DNA of 64,000 nt from a virus (lineage: Duplodnaviria; Caudoviricetes): the IMG/VR virus record IMGVR_UViG_3300025679_000005. One strand, written 5' to 3'. Below are positions 8,775 through 18,440 of the stretch, piece by piece. Under the pieces are notes generated by a model, which was given only the letters and a program-made list of their open reading frames with translations, had not been told where the DNA came from and did no database searches. The position numbers and the translations under genes are program-made. Position 1 is the stretch's first letter; each line of letters begins with the position of its first letter.

Positions 8775-8953
8775 TGTTCATGGACGAACTCGATGGTTGT
8801 TTCAGCTTCGTCGCGTGCTTTGCCATCATGTGGATCGTGGTGGTCTTGGGAGCGATCTCCCTGGCCGTTTACGGCCGGGCGTGGATCGTCGAGAACTGGT
8901 TCTTGTTCCTGCTGGCTGGGCTCATTGGGTTGATGACCCTGGACCGATCATGA
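8753..8953 (+). CDS. Small membrane protein
   Basis: Two hydrophobic segments. Confidence 0.5.
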   Translation: MYSLGVVVFMDELDGCFSFVACFAIMWIVVVLGAISLAVYGRAWIVENWFLFLLAGLIGLMTLDRS

Positions 8954-9231
8954 TCTCCGATAAAGATTTTGCTGTCTTTGAAATGTGGTTCCGGGAATAC
9001 TTCGATGTTGATGGGCCCGAGGAGTTGCCGGACCCGAAGTACCTTCACCTGTGGGCAGACCTGCATGGACAAGAATTCCTATCGGAATTGAAGGCGATGC
9101 GAAAGGTACCCATCTGTCCTGGGTGTTGTCATCCTCGGTGTGACTCCAGGTGTGACCTCAACGCCAATCCGGTTTACCGGTACATTCCCGGCGAGCCCTG
9201 TCCCTGCTGCGTGTTCAAGTCCGAGCCTTAG
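8950..9231 (+). CDS. Cys-rich hypothetical protein
   Basis: MISDKDF... CPGCCHPRCDSRC. Confidence 0.5.
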   Translation: MISDKDFAVFEMWFREYFDVDGPEELPDPKYLHLWADLHGQEFLSELKAMRKVPICPGCCHPRCDSRCDLNANPVYRYIPGEPCPCCVFKSEP

Positions 9232-9234
9232 CCC

Positions 9235-9522
9235 ATGATCGTACTCTCTCGAAGACGCCAGGGGATAGCTGAAGCCATCGGGGCGGCAACCGCTCACGAT
9301 ATCTTCGTGTCGATGTTGAACCCGAATTTTCGAGGGGAGAACTTCACTTGGGCGAAGCTAGAAGAGATGGCTGTGATCTCTGCCAGGAACAGGATTCCTC
9401 TTCACGGTAACTTCGGTCGGGACCTGTTGACGATGCAAAAAGTCGCCGAGCATTGGGCGAGGTATATTGTCAAAACTTGCCTGTCTGACTCCGATGTCGA
9501 GACGTGGTTGCCTCTGCCGTGA
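9235..9522 (+). CDS. Hypothetical protein
   Basis: ORF track. Confidence 0.5.
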   Translation: MIVLSRRRQGIAEAIGAATAHDIFVSMLNPNFRGENFTWAKLEEMAVISARNRIPLHGNFGRDLLTMQKVAEHWARYIVKTCLSDSDVETWLPLP

Positions 9523-9848
9523 GCGTGCTCTCTCAGGCCTATGAGGACGCTAAGGCTGAGATCGATTACCTACAGCGGTGGGCGTATAGCCAATATCTGT
9601 GGGTGCAACGCCCGGGGCATCGTCGCGTGCGAATTCGCACTACGACATTGCTAGGGCTTGAATCCATGATCATGAAAGCGATTGACTATCTTGGAGTCGA
9701 AGGCGGACGACCTACCTTCCGAGCATTTTCCTCGGAAGTGACGATGGGTTCCGTGTTCACGGTCAAGCACTTCGAGAAGTTTCAGATAGTCGGAATTGAA
9801 TTTCCGAAACTTTCCGTCTGGGATCGCCTTTCCGACCCTATTATCTAA
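9519..9848 (+). CDS. Hypothetical protein with C-terminal SVWDRLSD tag
   Basis: ORF track; start revised to coupled GTG. Confidence 0.55.
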   Translation: MSVLSQAYEDAKAEIDYLQRWAYSQYLWVQRPGHRRVRIRTTTLLGLESMIMKAIDYLGVEGGRPTFRAFSSEVTMGSVFTVKHFEKFQIVGIEFPKLSVWDRLSDPII

Positions 9849-9876
9849 GAGCAATCACTGACCGTAAGGACCTTCC

Positions 9877-11207
9877 ATGGGCTCATTCAACGCTACCTGT
9901 ATCGTCTCCAATCTTCCTATTGAAGCTGGGGACAAAGTTCGATACCTCGCACTTGCCCGGAACGCTTACGATGTCGACGGATCCGGCCTCTGCTGTTACG
10001 TCACGGGGCGTTGGCAGCTCCACGGGGTTCCGATCAAAGCCGAGTACAACGACTACGGCTCAGTGGAAAACATCGTCCCGGGGTTCACGACGGATCTCTT
10101 TTTCAAGGGACTGGCGATGGCAGTGGTCGAGGTCGGGGTCGGGGACAATTCGTGTCATGACGTTCCCGTCCGTGAGGACATGAACGTGGAACAGTGGCTG
10201 GAGGCCCTTTGGGAGGGGCGGGTCAAGGTCAGTGACCACAGGGCGTTGTATCGCAAGATCTCAGAGGCTAAGGAGCTTGACCAGAAGCTTGAGGAGCTGA
10301 CGGGATCGAACCCGCAGTTGGCTGGATTCTACGATCCGAAGGCTTATGAGCCAACGACAGGGATTCCTTCGTTCCGGCGGATCGAGAAGCTCATGGCTGA
10401 AGCCGGGATCGAGGTCTCATCCGGTGGCTTCGCTTCCGGTGTTTTGGTCGACGAGGTAGGTTCTGGATTCGTTCGCATCCGCCGTGGGGAGATTGGTGAG
10501 AAGCCGGGTCTGGAGCCTCTCCTTCCGATCCTACATGGGGCTCATACACCAATGGATCGGAGATCTTGGTTGGGGCTTTGCCCAGTACCGATCCGAAGGT
10601 TCACATCCACGTGAACCACGACGTTGAGGACTACAACAAGGCGAGGCCGGTTTCTGCGGCGATGATTCGAGAGGATGTGTGGCAGATCCTTGTGAATACG
10701 CCCATAGATTCCTGGCACGGCAACTACAACATCGACAGTTTCAAGTCCGAGGCTTTGAGGGCCTTGGAAGGGGACCTTGCTAAGGCCGAAGAGCTGAAAG
10801 TGGCTAAGGCCGGTGGAGACGAGAGTAGGATCTTCCGTTTGGCTATGCGGATGAACGACGACTTCGACATCAATCCCCGGGAGAATGTTTTCCGGGGATC
10901 AATCCGCGGCAGCGAAGGCGTTTCCGGATTCTCATTCCGGGAGGCGTTCCGTTTCGGTATCGAGCAGGGAACGTCACCTGAAGAGTTGCGTGCCTACATT
11001 CTCGACTTGGCGGAGACGGTCTACGTCCAGTGGGTGTATTCAGTACTCCACGGGCAGTGGCATCCGACGACGAACTCCGGCCAGGAGGGCAACTGGAAGG
11101 AGCACCGCCAGTTTCTGACATCGTTGTTGGAGATCAAGGGACGCTGGGAGAATGCGTCCGATGAGTCTGATGAGGGCGAGGACGACGATTCGGGACCGGA
11201 GGAGTGA
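9877..11207 (+). pseudogene. Large hypothetical gene split by a -1 frameshift (9877-10614 and 10566-11207)
   Basis: Two overlapping ORFs; second frame is open from 10500 and lacks an obvious start signal. Confidence 0.5.
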
Positions 11208-11230
11208 TTTCCCCTGGTGTAAGGTAGGCC

Positions 11231-11497
11231 GTGAAATTCATTACTGTATTCAATCGTGTCCTTAGCCTAGCTAGGGCGGACGGCTACAGCAGACTGTTTC
11301 AAAGTGAGCCTGGGGAAAGACCTCTTCTATCTGTGCTGTTGAGATCTGACGACGACTGGGAGATGCGTGTGTTGGGATCCGGTGGCGTGGCCGGCTTCGG
11401 GAAAGGGTCTACCTTGGAAGAGGCAGAGGCACAGGTCATGGCCAATCTGTCTAGCTTGAACCGGGCCCTTTCGGGGCTCATCTACGAGCTTACGTGA
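11231..11497 (+). CDS. Hypothetical protein
   Basis: GTG 9 nt after GGTGTA. Confidence 0.55.
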   Translation: MKFITVFNRVLSLARADGYSRLFQSEPGERPLLSVLLRSDDDWEMRVLGSGGVAGFGKGSTLEEAEAQVMANLSSLNRALSGLIYELT

Positions 11498-11685
11498 ATT
11501 CCCCTAGGAATCTGTTTCCGAGCTGATTTCGGCCCTCTACCCACCGCGGCCTGCGGCCGTAGACTCAGTCCCACTTACGATGGTTTCGAGCCGTCCAGAA
11601 GTCCTTGGAGTAGTCCCCAATATTGAGACCATTATCCCCCACGTGAACAACGATAGATCTACGACAACCTCAAGGAGAACAACTA

Positions 11686-11874
11686 GTGGAACGCCGGTTT
11701 GTGATTCAGTACATGAAGGATGACGGTTCTTGGCACGATTACGTGCCCCGTCCGATTCTGGAGAGGGACCAGAGTTACGAAGAGGTTGTGCGGATGGCCA
11801 AGGACCTAAAGCCCGAGTTGAAGCAGTGGCGGGTCCTGACCTACACCCTGACTGCGACCCTGAATTTGGGGTAG
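11686..11874 (+). CDS. Hypothetical protein
   Basis: AAGGAG SD upstream. Confidence 0.5.
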   Translation: MERRFVIQYMKDDGSWHDYVPRPILERDQSYEEVVRMAKDLKPELKQWRVLTYTLTATLNLG

Positions 11875-11883
11875 ACTGTTTCG

Positions 11884-12288
11884 ATGCCCACTAACATCAA
11901 GGACTTTGTGGCCGGGGTGCAGGCACCCCTTGAGCCTGAGGACAAGCCTACGCCAAGGTTGGCCGAGGCTTTGCAAAAGGTCCTGGACAGGTACAGGTCA
12001 GCCGAAAGGTTGCTCCTCGATGAGTACTACCCTCTTGGAACGATCCTGTATATGATCTCGACAGTCTTTTACGAGCCTTTGGGAGAGTTCCTTGAGAGAG
12101 GGACACCAGGGAAGGTAGTCAGCCGCTGGTCGTGGAATGCGGGCACTGAACATTCCATCCACATTGAGATCGTCTCTCCCTCAGGGATCATTCACAGGAT
12201 TACAGAGGATCTACCAAACATCCAGCATGGCTGGTCCTTGGACCCTCCGGCCACGATTGCAGATCGCCTAACGGACCCCCTTCTCTAG
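11884..12288 (+). CDS. Hypothetical protein with C-terminal TIADRLTD tag
   Basis: ORF track. Confidence 0.6.
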   Translation: MPTNIKDFVAGVQAPLEPEDKPTPRLAEALQKVLDRYRSAERLLLDEYYPLGTILYMISTVFYEPLGEFLERGTPGKVVSRWSWNAGTEHSIHIEIVSPSGIIHRITEDLPNIQHGWSLDPPATIADRLTDPLL

Positions 12289-12306
12289 CCGGTGTATTAC
12301 CCGGCA

Positions 12307-12795
12307 ATGGCACTTACCGAAGCTGATCTGGTCAGGGTTCAAGAACTGGCGAACAAGGCCACTTACGGGATTCAGTCCGTCCTAGAAAAGCGTAAGCAGA
12401 AAGAGCTGGAGATCGAGCATGCTCAGGCGGTGATGCGTGAAGAGACGGGCAGGCTCTTTAATGAAGTAGTGACCCCCACCCTCCAAGCTTACGTGGAGGC
12501 GAGGACGAACGGCCCTGCGTACCTTCGTCTTACGCTAGTAGTAATGAAGGGTATGAATCCGGTCCTGAATTTGATCTACCACCCTGAGAAGCCTGGGGAA
12601 ACGGGGATGGATCCTTTGACCGTTGCTATTTTTTACGAGGATTCTGGTGCTTTCAGGCTTGAGTACCGCTGTGATTGTACTTTCGTCAATGGCGAAAAGA
12701 AGTTCTACCTGGACCTGGACATGATGACCCCTGCGAACATCCTCGCAAAGCTCCACCAGATCTTCCAGCATTGGGACAGTCAAAACGGTTTCTAG
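12307..12795 (+). CDS. Hypothetical protein
   Basis: ATG 10 nt after GGTGTA. Confidence 0.6.
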   Translation: MALTEADLVRVQELANKATYGIQSVLEKRKQKELEIEHAQAVMREETGRLFNEVVTPTLQAYVEARTNGPAYLRLTLVVMKGMNPVLNLIYHPEKPGETGMDPLTVAIFYEDSGAFRLEYRCDCTFVNGEKKFYLDLDMMTPANILAKLHQIFQHWDSQNGF

Positions 12796-12850
12796 CCCTT
12801 AGGTTTGTGAGAACCACTGCCGTATAGTGAGGCATGAAAGTTTGCTCCAA

Positions 12851-14026
12851 ATGATTCGTTCCTACCGATACCCCCTGCACCCAACGAAGGCCCAGGAAGC
12901 GATCCTGCTTCACTGGCTTCGCATGTGTTGCAGTCTGTATAATGGGGCACTGGAGGAACGTAAGTCCTCTTGGGTCAAGCTAAAGAAGGGTGTCTCCTAC
13001 CTCAATCAGCAGAGGTCTCTGACTATCATTCGGGCACAAGATCCTGACTTCGAAGCGATCCCAGCAGCTATTCTTAGGGCCCCTCTCAAGCGTCTCGATC
13101 GCGCCTACAAGGCGTTCTTCCGCCGTGTTAAATCCGGCGAAACTCCAGGCTTTCCCAGATTTAAGAGCAGTAAGCGCTATGATTCCTTCTCGTTAATGGG
13201 GCAATTCTCTGAGGCCACCCCTAAGGCCAAAGGGCGATCAGCCCAAGTTCGCATCCCGAAGCTGGGGTTAGTCAAGTTCAACCAATACCGACCCCTCAAG
13301 GGGAAGGTCAGAGATATCCTCGTCAAGCGAGAGGCTGATCGATGGTTCGTAATCTTTCAGTGTGACCTAGGAGCTGCCCCTGAGGTCGTTGTCGACCCTA
13401 CGAAGTCCGTCGGCATCGACTTGGGACTCACCCATTTCGGGACTTTGGATGATGGGACGACGATCTCCAATCCCAGGTTCTTCAAGGCAGGGCAGGACCT
13501 CCTAGCACGTCGCCAATGCGCTCTGCAACGCAAGCGCAAGGGCAGCCGCTCCCGACAACGGGCCAAGACCCTAGTCCAGAGGGCTCACGCTCACGTCAAG
13601 AACCAGAGGCTAGATCACGCTAGGAAGCTGGCGAAGTCCCTCTTTGAAACGAATGACATAGTCTGTTACGAGGACCTCTCGATTCAGGAGATGATCTCAG
13701 GTCCTTCCAGAGATGGTAAATACAAGCTCAATTTAGCGAAGTCAATCGTAGATGCGTCCTGGTCAATCACAATCCACTGCCTAAAATGCAAAGCGGAAGA
13801 AGCTGGCAAATTAGCGGTAGGGGTAGATCCAAGAGGGACCACACAGAGGTGTAGTGGGTGCGGAACCGTCGTCCCAAAGGGACTCCGGGACCGCGTTCAT
13901 GATTGCCCCGTCTGTGGCCTCATCATGGATCGTGACCAGAATGCAGGATGTAACATCAAAGCGCTCGGTTTGAGCGCGGTCAGTGGCTTGCGAAGCCAGC
14001 CGAAGTCCGAAAGGAAGGCGGCTTAA
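12851..14026 (+). CDS. tnpB: TnpB RNA-guided nuclease, copy 1 (intact)
   Basis: MIRSYRYPLHPT HTH, GIDLG (RuvC-I), YEDL (RuvC-II), CSGC..CPVC Zn finger, DRDQNA (RuvC-III). Confidence 0.95.
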   Translation: MIRSYRYPLHPTKAQEAILLHWLRMCCSLYNGALEERKSSWVKLKKGVSYLNQQRSLTIIRAQDPDFEAIPAAILRAPLKRLDRAYKAFFRRVKSGETPGFPRFKSSKRYDSFSLMGQFSEATPKAKGRSAQVRIPKLGLVKFNQYRPLKGKVRDILVKREADRWFVIFQCDLGAAPEVVVDPTKSVGIDLGLTHFGTLDDGTTISNPRFFKAGQDLLARRQCALQRKRKGSRSRQRAKTLVQRAHAHVKNQRLDHARKLAKSLFETNDIVCYEDLSIQEMISGPSRDGKYKLNLAKSIVDASWSITIHCLKCKAEEAGKLAVGVDPRGTTQRCSGCGTVVPKGLRDRVHDCPVCGLIMDRDQNAGCNIKALGLSAVSGLRSQPKSERKAA

Positions 14027-14053
14027 ATGAGCCGTCAAGACTCGGGCAAAACC
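12851..14053 (+). mobile_element. IS200/IS605-family tnpB-only element 1
   Basis: Conserved 3' end ...GACTCGGGCAAAACC; no tnpA. Confidence 0.75.
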
Positions 14054-14073
14054 GAAGTAACTGAAGACGATTT
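13958..14073 (+). ncRNA. Predicted omega-RNA 3' scaffold and guide, copy 1
   Basis: Hairpins conserved by compensatory changes across five copies; guide is the flank after CAAAACC. Confidence 0.7.
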
Positions 14074-14215
14074 CCAGAACTTCGTGGCGAAGTGGCAGGC
14101 CACGGTTGCTGTCGACGAATCAGAGCGAGAGGCTATGGTTGCCGCGCTTCCTTTGGCTGTGCTGGTCGTTCTTCAGTACACTACAGCGTCAATGGAAAGC
14201 ATTCCCCGGTCATGA
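14027..14215 (+). CDS. Small protein; first 9 aa encoded by element right end
   Basis: TAA-ATG junction; MSRQDSGKT then flank sequence. Confidence 0.45.
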   Translation: MSRQDSGKTEVTEDDFQNFVAKWQATVAVDESEREAMVAALPLAVLVVLQYTTASMESIPRS

Positions 14216-14430
14216 TCCTCTCTCGCCAGTATCGTGTCGACGGTGTCGACGCCAACAAGCAGGGGGCGTTCGTGCTCCTACGTGGTACGCACGAACGGCT
14301 TCAGATTGCCGTGAGTGACGTGGAGGCTAACGAGCTTCGAGGTCATGTGGGGCGGTTCCTGAAGCTAGTACTTGAAGAGCGGAGCCCTTCGTCGGCCCCA
14401 CCTCCAGTGCCCTCCAGGGTCGACGGGTGA
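14212..14430 (+). CDS. Hypothetical protein
   Basis: Coupled ATG (MILSRQY...). Confidence 0.45.
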   Translation: MILSRQYRVDGVDANKQGAFVLLRGTHERLQIAVSDVEANELRGHVGRFLKLVLEERSPSSAPPPVPSRVDG

Positions 14431-14774
14431 CCACCTTATTGTATCTCCTGGCGGGGGCGGTCTGCGGAACCGTTGGGGGATACTTGATGTTCATCTGCCC
14501 GCACAAGCGAAAGCCTGTTGAGAAGCCTTCGGTAAATCGCCCCATTTTCGCTTACATGGAGTCGATTCACGCTGGAGGTGCTTCCAAGTGGCACATGCGT
14601 CGCCTACCTCCTGATGGGGTCCTCAAACTGGGAGGTGGGATTACGACTCCCAGTCTTTGCGGCAAAGTCACGAAGGGGTGGGACTTGGCAGTACCTTTGA
14701 GTGGGCGACACGAGCGTCACACCTGTGAGGAGTGTACTCGAATTTACTTGGCTACCTTCAGGGATCCGGTGTAA
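14427..14774 (+). CDS. Membrane-anchored hypothetical protein
   Basis: N-terminal TM segment; CxxC; ends CCG-GTG-TAA. Confidence 0.6.
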   Translation: MTTLLYLLAGAVCGTVGGYLMFICPHKRKPVEKPSVNRPIFAYMESIHAGGASKWHMRRLPPDGVLKLGGGITTPSLCGKVTKGWDLAVPLSGRHERHTCEECTRIYLATFRDPV

Positions 14775-14782
14775 CAGCCTGG

Positions 14783-14935
14783 GTGTCCCTTTACCATTGG
14801 TGCATCCTCGGGCTGGCCCTTTTGGTGTTTGGCTTCCTGACAATAATCTGTGGAGCGCACTACCTGACCCTGGTATCCATCATGGGCGTAGTCACGATCA
14901 CCTTCCACATAGTCACGTCTAAAGACGTTCTTTAG
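14783..14935 (+). CDS. Small membrane protein
   Basis: GTG 9 nt after GGTGTA; two TM segments. Confidence 0.5.
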   Translation: MSLYHWCILGLALLVFGFLTIICGAHYLTLVSIMGVVTITFHIVTSKDVL

Positions 14936-14991
14936 AATTTAGAGGATCTTTACTAGGCCCCGGTGTAGTGACGAAATTCAAGGAGATACCA

Positions 14992-15357
14992 ATGACCCAA
15001 TCACATTCAAAATTCAAAGTATTCATCTCGGAACCCGGCAAGAACGGCCTTCTCAATGAGGACGTTCCGGTGGCGATCTCGCGCTTCGTCGATCAGCACA
15101 ACGTGGCCGCCAAGAGCATCGGCGTCGAATTCAAACAGTCCACCGGCAAGGTCTGGTTCACCCTGGGTTATGCCGAAGGCCAGGGAACGCACCAGGTGGC
15201 CGTCAAAACGGTCGTGCTAGGCCAACTTGGTGACGACGCCTCTGCCCTCGAAAACGCGCTGGAGACGGCAGCCAGTGGCCTCGACAACGTGATCTGCCAC
15301 GAGTTCTACGTGGATGGCACCGACACCTTCGTCGCTGTCTTCTTGCAGAAGCTCTGA
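14992..15357 (+). CDS. Hypothetical protein
   Basis: AAGGAG SD; followed by terminator. Confidence 0.7.
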   Translation: MTQSHSKFKVFISEPGKNGLLNEDVPVAISRFVDQHNVAAKSIGVEFKQSTGKVWFTLGYAEGQGTHQVAVKTVVLGQLGDDASALENALETAASGLDNVICHEFYVDGTDTFVAVFLQKL

Positions 15358-15368
15358 GCATTTGCTCT

Positions 15369-15406
15369 GGAAAGGGCCTGCTGCCTTCGGGTAGTGGGCC
15401 CTTTCC
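15369..15406 (+). terminator. Intrinsic terminator-like hairpin
   Basis: GGAAAGGGCC...TTCG...GGCCCTTTCC. Confidence 0.7.
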
Positions 15407-15581
15407 TATTTTGTATGGCCGATCCTGTTGAGCCCATGACCCCGCTTGTAGCTGGAGCTGAGAGAGTTACCAACCATTGTTGTGGGTGCGTCGAGGTCTA
15501 TCGTATGGACGTTCACGGTAAATGGGTCTGGAAGTCTGGGACAGCTTGTGGTCAAACCGTGCGTTCGGTGTACATACCCAC

Positions 15582-16112
15582 ATGATTTACCCCAAAGGCG
15601 GAATCGACTACGAACCGATGACCGAGACGCGACCGAGGTGTAACGAGTGCAGGTTCCCATTTGCACGGACTTCGCACGAGGAAGTATCGGCGGGCTACTG
15701 CAATGGGACAGATGAACTCCGATGCGCTATGGCCGTCATCGCCCGTCTCCGCTCCGAGCTAGACGCCGCGAAGCATCTGCCAGACAAGTTCGAGGAAGAG
15801 AACGATCCGGACTTCGAGGAAGAGCCAGGATACCCTGCTCGTCCGCCCAGAGGCGGTCATCCTATGCAGCCGATCGTCTTAGATCAGAATGGGACTCCTA
15901 GATTCAAGCAGAATCAGATTGTCTATTTTCTGGTTCATCACGGCGGTTTCAACCTTAATCAGATTGCGGCGATGCCATGGCCCAAAGAGGACTACGAGCA
16001 GCTCATGCAGTTGATCGGTACCTCCGTGAGTGCGATCGGTGCCAATACCGAATTCGTCAGCGCCGAGCTTGTGGCTGAAGCGGACGGTATCGCTGAGACC
16101 CTTCTGAAATGA
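15582..16112 (+). CDS. Hypothetical protein
   Basis: ATG 9 nt after GGTGTA. Confidence 0.6.
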   Translation: MIYPKGGIDYEPMTETRPRCNECRFPFARTSHEEVSAGYCNGTDELRCAMAVIARLRSELDAAKHLPDKFEEENDPDFEEEPGYPARPPRGGHPMQPIVLDQNGTPRFKQNQIVYFLVHHGGFNLNQIAAMPWPKEDYEQLMQLIGTSVSAIGANTEFVSAELVAEADGIAETLLK

Positions 16113-16238
16113 ACGCTTGGATTGGCACGGAAGTTACCCTCACTAGGGACACCGAATGCAAATACTGCTGCAACGAGCACTCCCCACCGACCTCAAGACC
16201 CGTATCTCCGCCGCAGTTAACGCCTAGGATCTCAGCCA

Positions 16239-16781
16239 ATGCCTCCAGAGCAAGTCGGTTTCAGAGAGCTGTACAACTCTCACTTTCGTATGGTCTGGAG
16301 AATGTTGAGTCGGCTTGGTGTGCCCAGCGCGGACGTGCCTGATCTTACCCAAAAAGTGTTTCTGATTGCGTTCACGAAGCTGCCAGAATTCGAAGGCCGC
16401 TCCACGATCTCGACGTGGTTGTGCAGCATTTGCAATCGCGTCGCCTGTGGTCATCGGCGATCGTGGTCCACTCGCAACGAGGTTTCCACGGATCCTGTGC
16501 AGCTCGAAGGAATCTCGGGAGAATCGAACGTTCGGCCGCCGGACATCGCGTTGGCGTTACACGCGGAAGCTGAACGCTTCTTAGCCAAGCTGTCCGAAGA
16601 GCAGCGAGCCGTCTTCGTTCTGTACGAAGGCGACGAATTGTCCGGGCCGGAAATTGCCTCGATTTTGCATATCTCTTTGGGGACGGTTCGCTCACGTTTA
16701 CGAGATGCCCACGTCACGTTTCGGCGCGAAATACGACGCTTGGCCATCCGGAGCGCAGATACGCCCCCTCTGAACGTTTAG
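16239..16781 (+). CDS. RNA polymerase sigma factor, ECF family (myxobacterial type)
   Basis: DLTQKVFL...FEGRSTISTWL (region 2); LSEEQRAVFVL...EIASILHISLGTVRSRL (region 4). Confidence 0.92.
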   Translation: MPPEQVGFRELYNSHFRMVWRMLSRLGVPSADVPDLTQKVFLIAFTKLPEFEGRSTISTWLCSICNRVACGHRRSWSTRNEVSTDPVQLEGISGESNVRPPDIALALHAEAERFLAKLSEEQRAVFVLYEGDELSGPEIASILHISLGTVRSRLRDAHVTFRREIRRLAIRSADTPPLNV

Positions 16782-16784
16782 CCC

Positions 16785-16813
16785 TTAACTTTACGGGGTC
16801 AGGTTCCGTTCTA
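16785..16813 (+). promoter_or_regulatory. Class A promoter (N14 spacer)
   Basis: ATG at 16820. Confidence 0.8.
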
Positions 16814-16819
16814 CTGAGC

Positions 16820-17125
16820 ATGACCTCCCACGTTGTTGAACTAAACGCCGTTACCAACTCTGGCTTGCCTTATAGTGACGGATCCGGCGCTCCTGCCAAC
16901 GTCACTGTAATCTGCGGCAAATTCCTCTTCCGATTCGCCGTGGACTTCATCCTCGAAGCGAAACCCCGCCTTGTGAATTACGACGCTACGAGGGGATCTT
17001 TGAGGTCTGATCGGCGTCAAGCTGAAGCTGCGGCCCAGGAGGCCTACCTCACGTGGCTGACCGCTCACGTAGGTTCGGATTGGTTTACAGTCAATCGCGA
17101 AATGTACTCAAAGGATCCCAGCTGA
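16820..17125 (+). CDS. Hypothetical protein
   Basis: Leaderless start. Confidence 0.65.
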   Translation: MTSHVVELNAVTNSGLPYSDGSGAPANVTVICGKFLFRFAVDFILEAKPRLVNYDATRGSLRSDRRQAEAAAQEAYLTWLTAHVGSDWFTVNREMYSKDPS

Positions 17126-17343
17126 TGTCCCTTCGTATCAAGGCTGTAATCGCTTGCGACAAACTCGGCTGCAAGGTAGAGCAGGATCACGAGATCGAGA
17201 TCTCCTCTGAGGAGGTTGAGGCTAGACGCTTTCTTTCGGTGGCACACCGGGCGGACGCCTTGCCTGAGGGTTGGTCATACTACAGCAGTTACGGCGCCTC
17301 TGAAGTCCGCTGTCCTGAACACACCGATCCGTTTTGCTCTTAA
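17125..17343 (+). CDS. Small Cys-containing hypothetical protein
   Basis: Coupled ATG; CDKLGC...RCPEH. Confidence 0.55.
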   Translation: MSLRIKAVIACDKLGCKVEQDHEIEISSEEVEARRFLSVAHRADALPEGWSYYSSYGASEVRCPEHTDPFCS

Positions 17344-17367
17344 CTTTCGGCTTCGGGATCCGTTCTA
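17340..17367 (+). promoter_or_regulatory. Class A promoter
   Basis: ATG 17374 starts a 27-aa peptide coupled to the next gene. Confidence 0.8.
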
Positions 17368-17453
17368 TTGATCATGAACAAGCTAACCTCTCTCGCAGCC
17401 GAACTAACCCGTCTCCCCCAGTGTCTTCGCTATTGTTTTCACGAAAGAACCCA

Positions 17454-17762
17454 ATGAGCCGCTTCAGCAAAAACCTCGTTGACGAAACCCTTCAGAAGCG
17501 TCTTCAGAGCATCCAAGACACCTGGGGTTTTGACCCCAGGGTGGGTTATGCCCAAGTCGAGGCTGTCGCCACGGCACGACGCAGAGAGCTTCACGGGACC
17601 GATCAGGAGATCCTCCACGACGCTTTGATCGCGTACGGCGAATATTCTGCGTTGATGCAGGTAGCCGAAGACCTTGGCATCCAAGCATATCCTGACGTGT
17701 CAAATCAGGTGCCCATACGCATAAATAAAGCCTACATCCGGTACATGAAGGTTCCAGCATGA
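17454..17762 (+). CDS. Hypothetical protein
   Basis: ATG overlapping upstream peptide stop. Confidence 0.55.
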   Translation: MSRFSKNLVDETLQKRLQSIQDTWGFDPRVGYAQVEAVATARRRELHGTDQEILHDALIAYGEYSALMQVAEDLGIQAYPDVSNQVPIRINKAYIRYMKVPA

Positions 17763-18073
17763 ACTACCTCAGCCTAGGAAGTGCTCCCGTATCCGAATCC
17801 TGTGCTCAGCTTGGGGAGCCTGAGTACGAAGCCCGCGCAAGGGCTGAATGCCGGGCCCTCATTGGCCAATTGCAGCGTCTTTACGAGGCGAGGCATGGCC
17901 ACACTCTTCCTTGCCAGCTCTTCGTTAAAGGGCAGTTACACGACTTTGGGACATACTTCGAGGTTTCTGCCAAGTTCATTGAAGAGGCGGTCAGTCAGGA
18001 GGCTGTCTACTGGCTTGAGGCTCATTTGCCTGAGAATTGGGATGAAGAGGCCCTTCGCGAAATTCACGTCTGA
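17759..18073 (+). CDS. Conserved-looking phage hypothetical protein
   Basis: MNYLSLGSAP..E.CAQLG.P.Y pattern. Confidence 0.65.
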   Translation: MNYLSLGSAPVSESCAQLGEPEYEARARAECRALIGQLQRLYEARHGHTLPCQLFVKGQLHDFGTYFEVSAKFIEEAVSQEAVYWLEAHLPENWDEEALREIHV

Positions 18074-18076
18074 CCC

Positions 18077-18104
18077 TTAACTTATGGGTTCACGACCCGT
18101 TCTA
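18077..18104 (+). promoter_or_regulatory. Class A promoter
   Basis: ATG at 18111. Confidence 0.8.
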
Positions 18105-18110
18105 TGGATC

Positions 18111-18440
18111 ATGCCCAATCAAACCGCCCCCGAACGCATTATCGCTCTTTTCGAACACCTCTGGCCCAGCGAAATCTTTAGCATCCGTTCAGACGTAGGT
18201 AGTCAGACTGTCTCTCTCGTGATTTCCAGCAAGGACTTCCTGACGACTTATGCCAGGGTCCGCTTCGAACCCAAGAACTGGGCGGACGGAAACATCGCCA
18301 CCACCGGCTACAAGGTCGAGATCAGTTACGCCGCCTTCAACGGCTCGTTGGAGGACATGACTCCCAATCTCTTCGTCATCACCATGGTGAACGGCGTGAT
18401 CAAGGCAATGCAAGAGGTCTCTCTCATCAAGGGCGAGTAG
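18111..18440 (+). CDS. Hypothetical protein
   Basis: Leaderless start. Confidence 0.6.
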   Translation: MPNQTAPERIIALFEHLWPSEIFSIRSDVGSQTVSLVISSKDFLTTYARVRFEPKNWADGNIATTGYKVEISYAAFNGSLEDMTPNLFVITMVNGVIKAMQEVSLIKGE

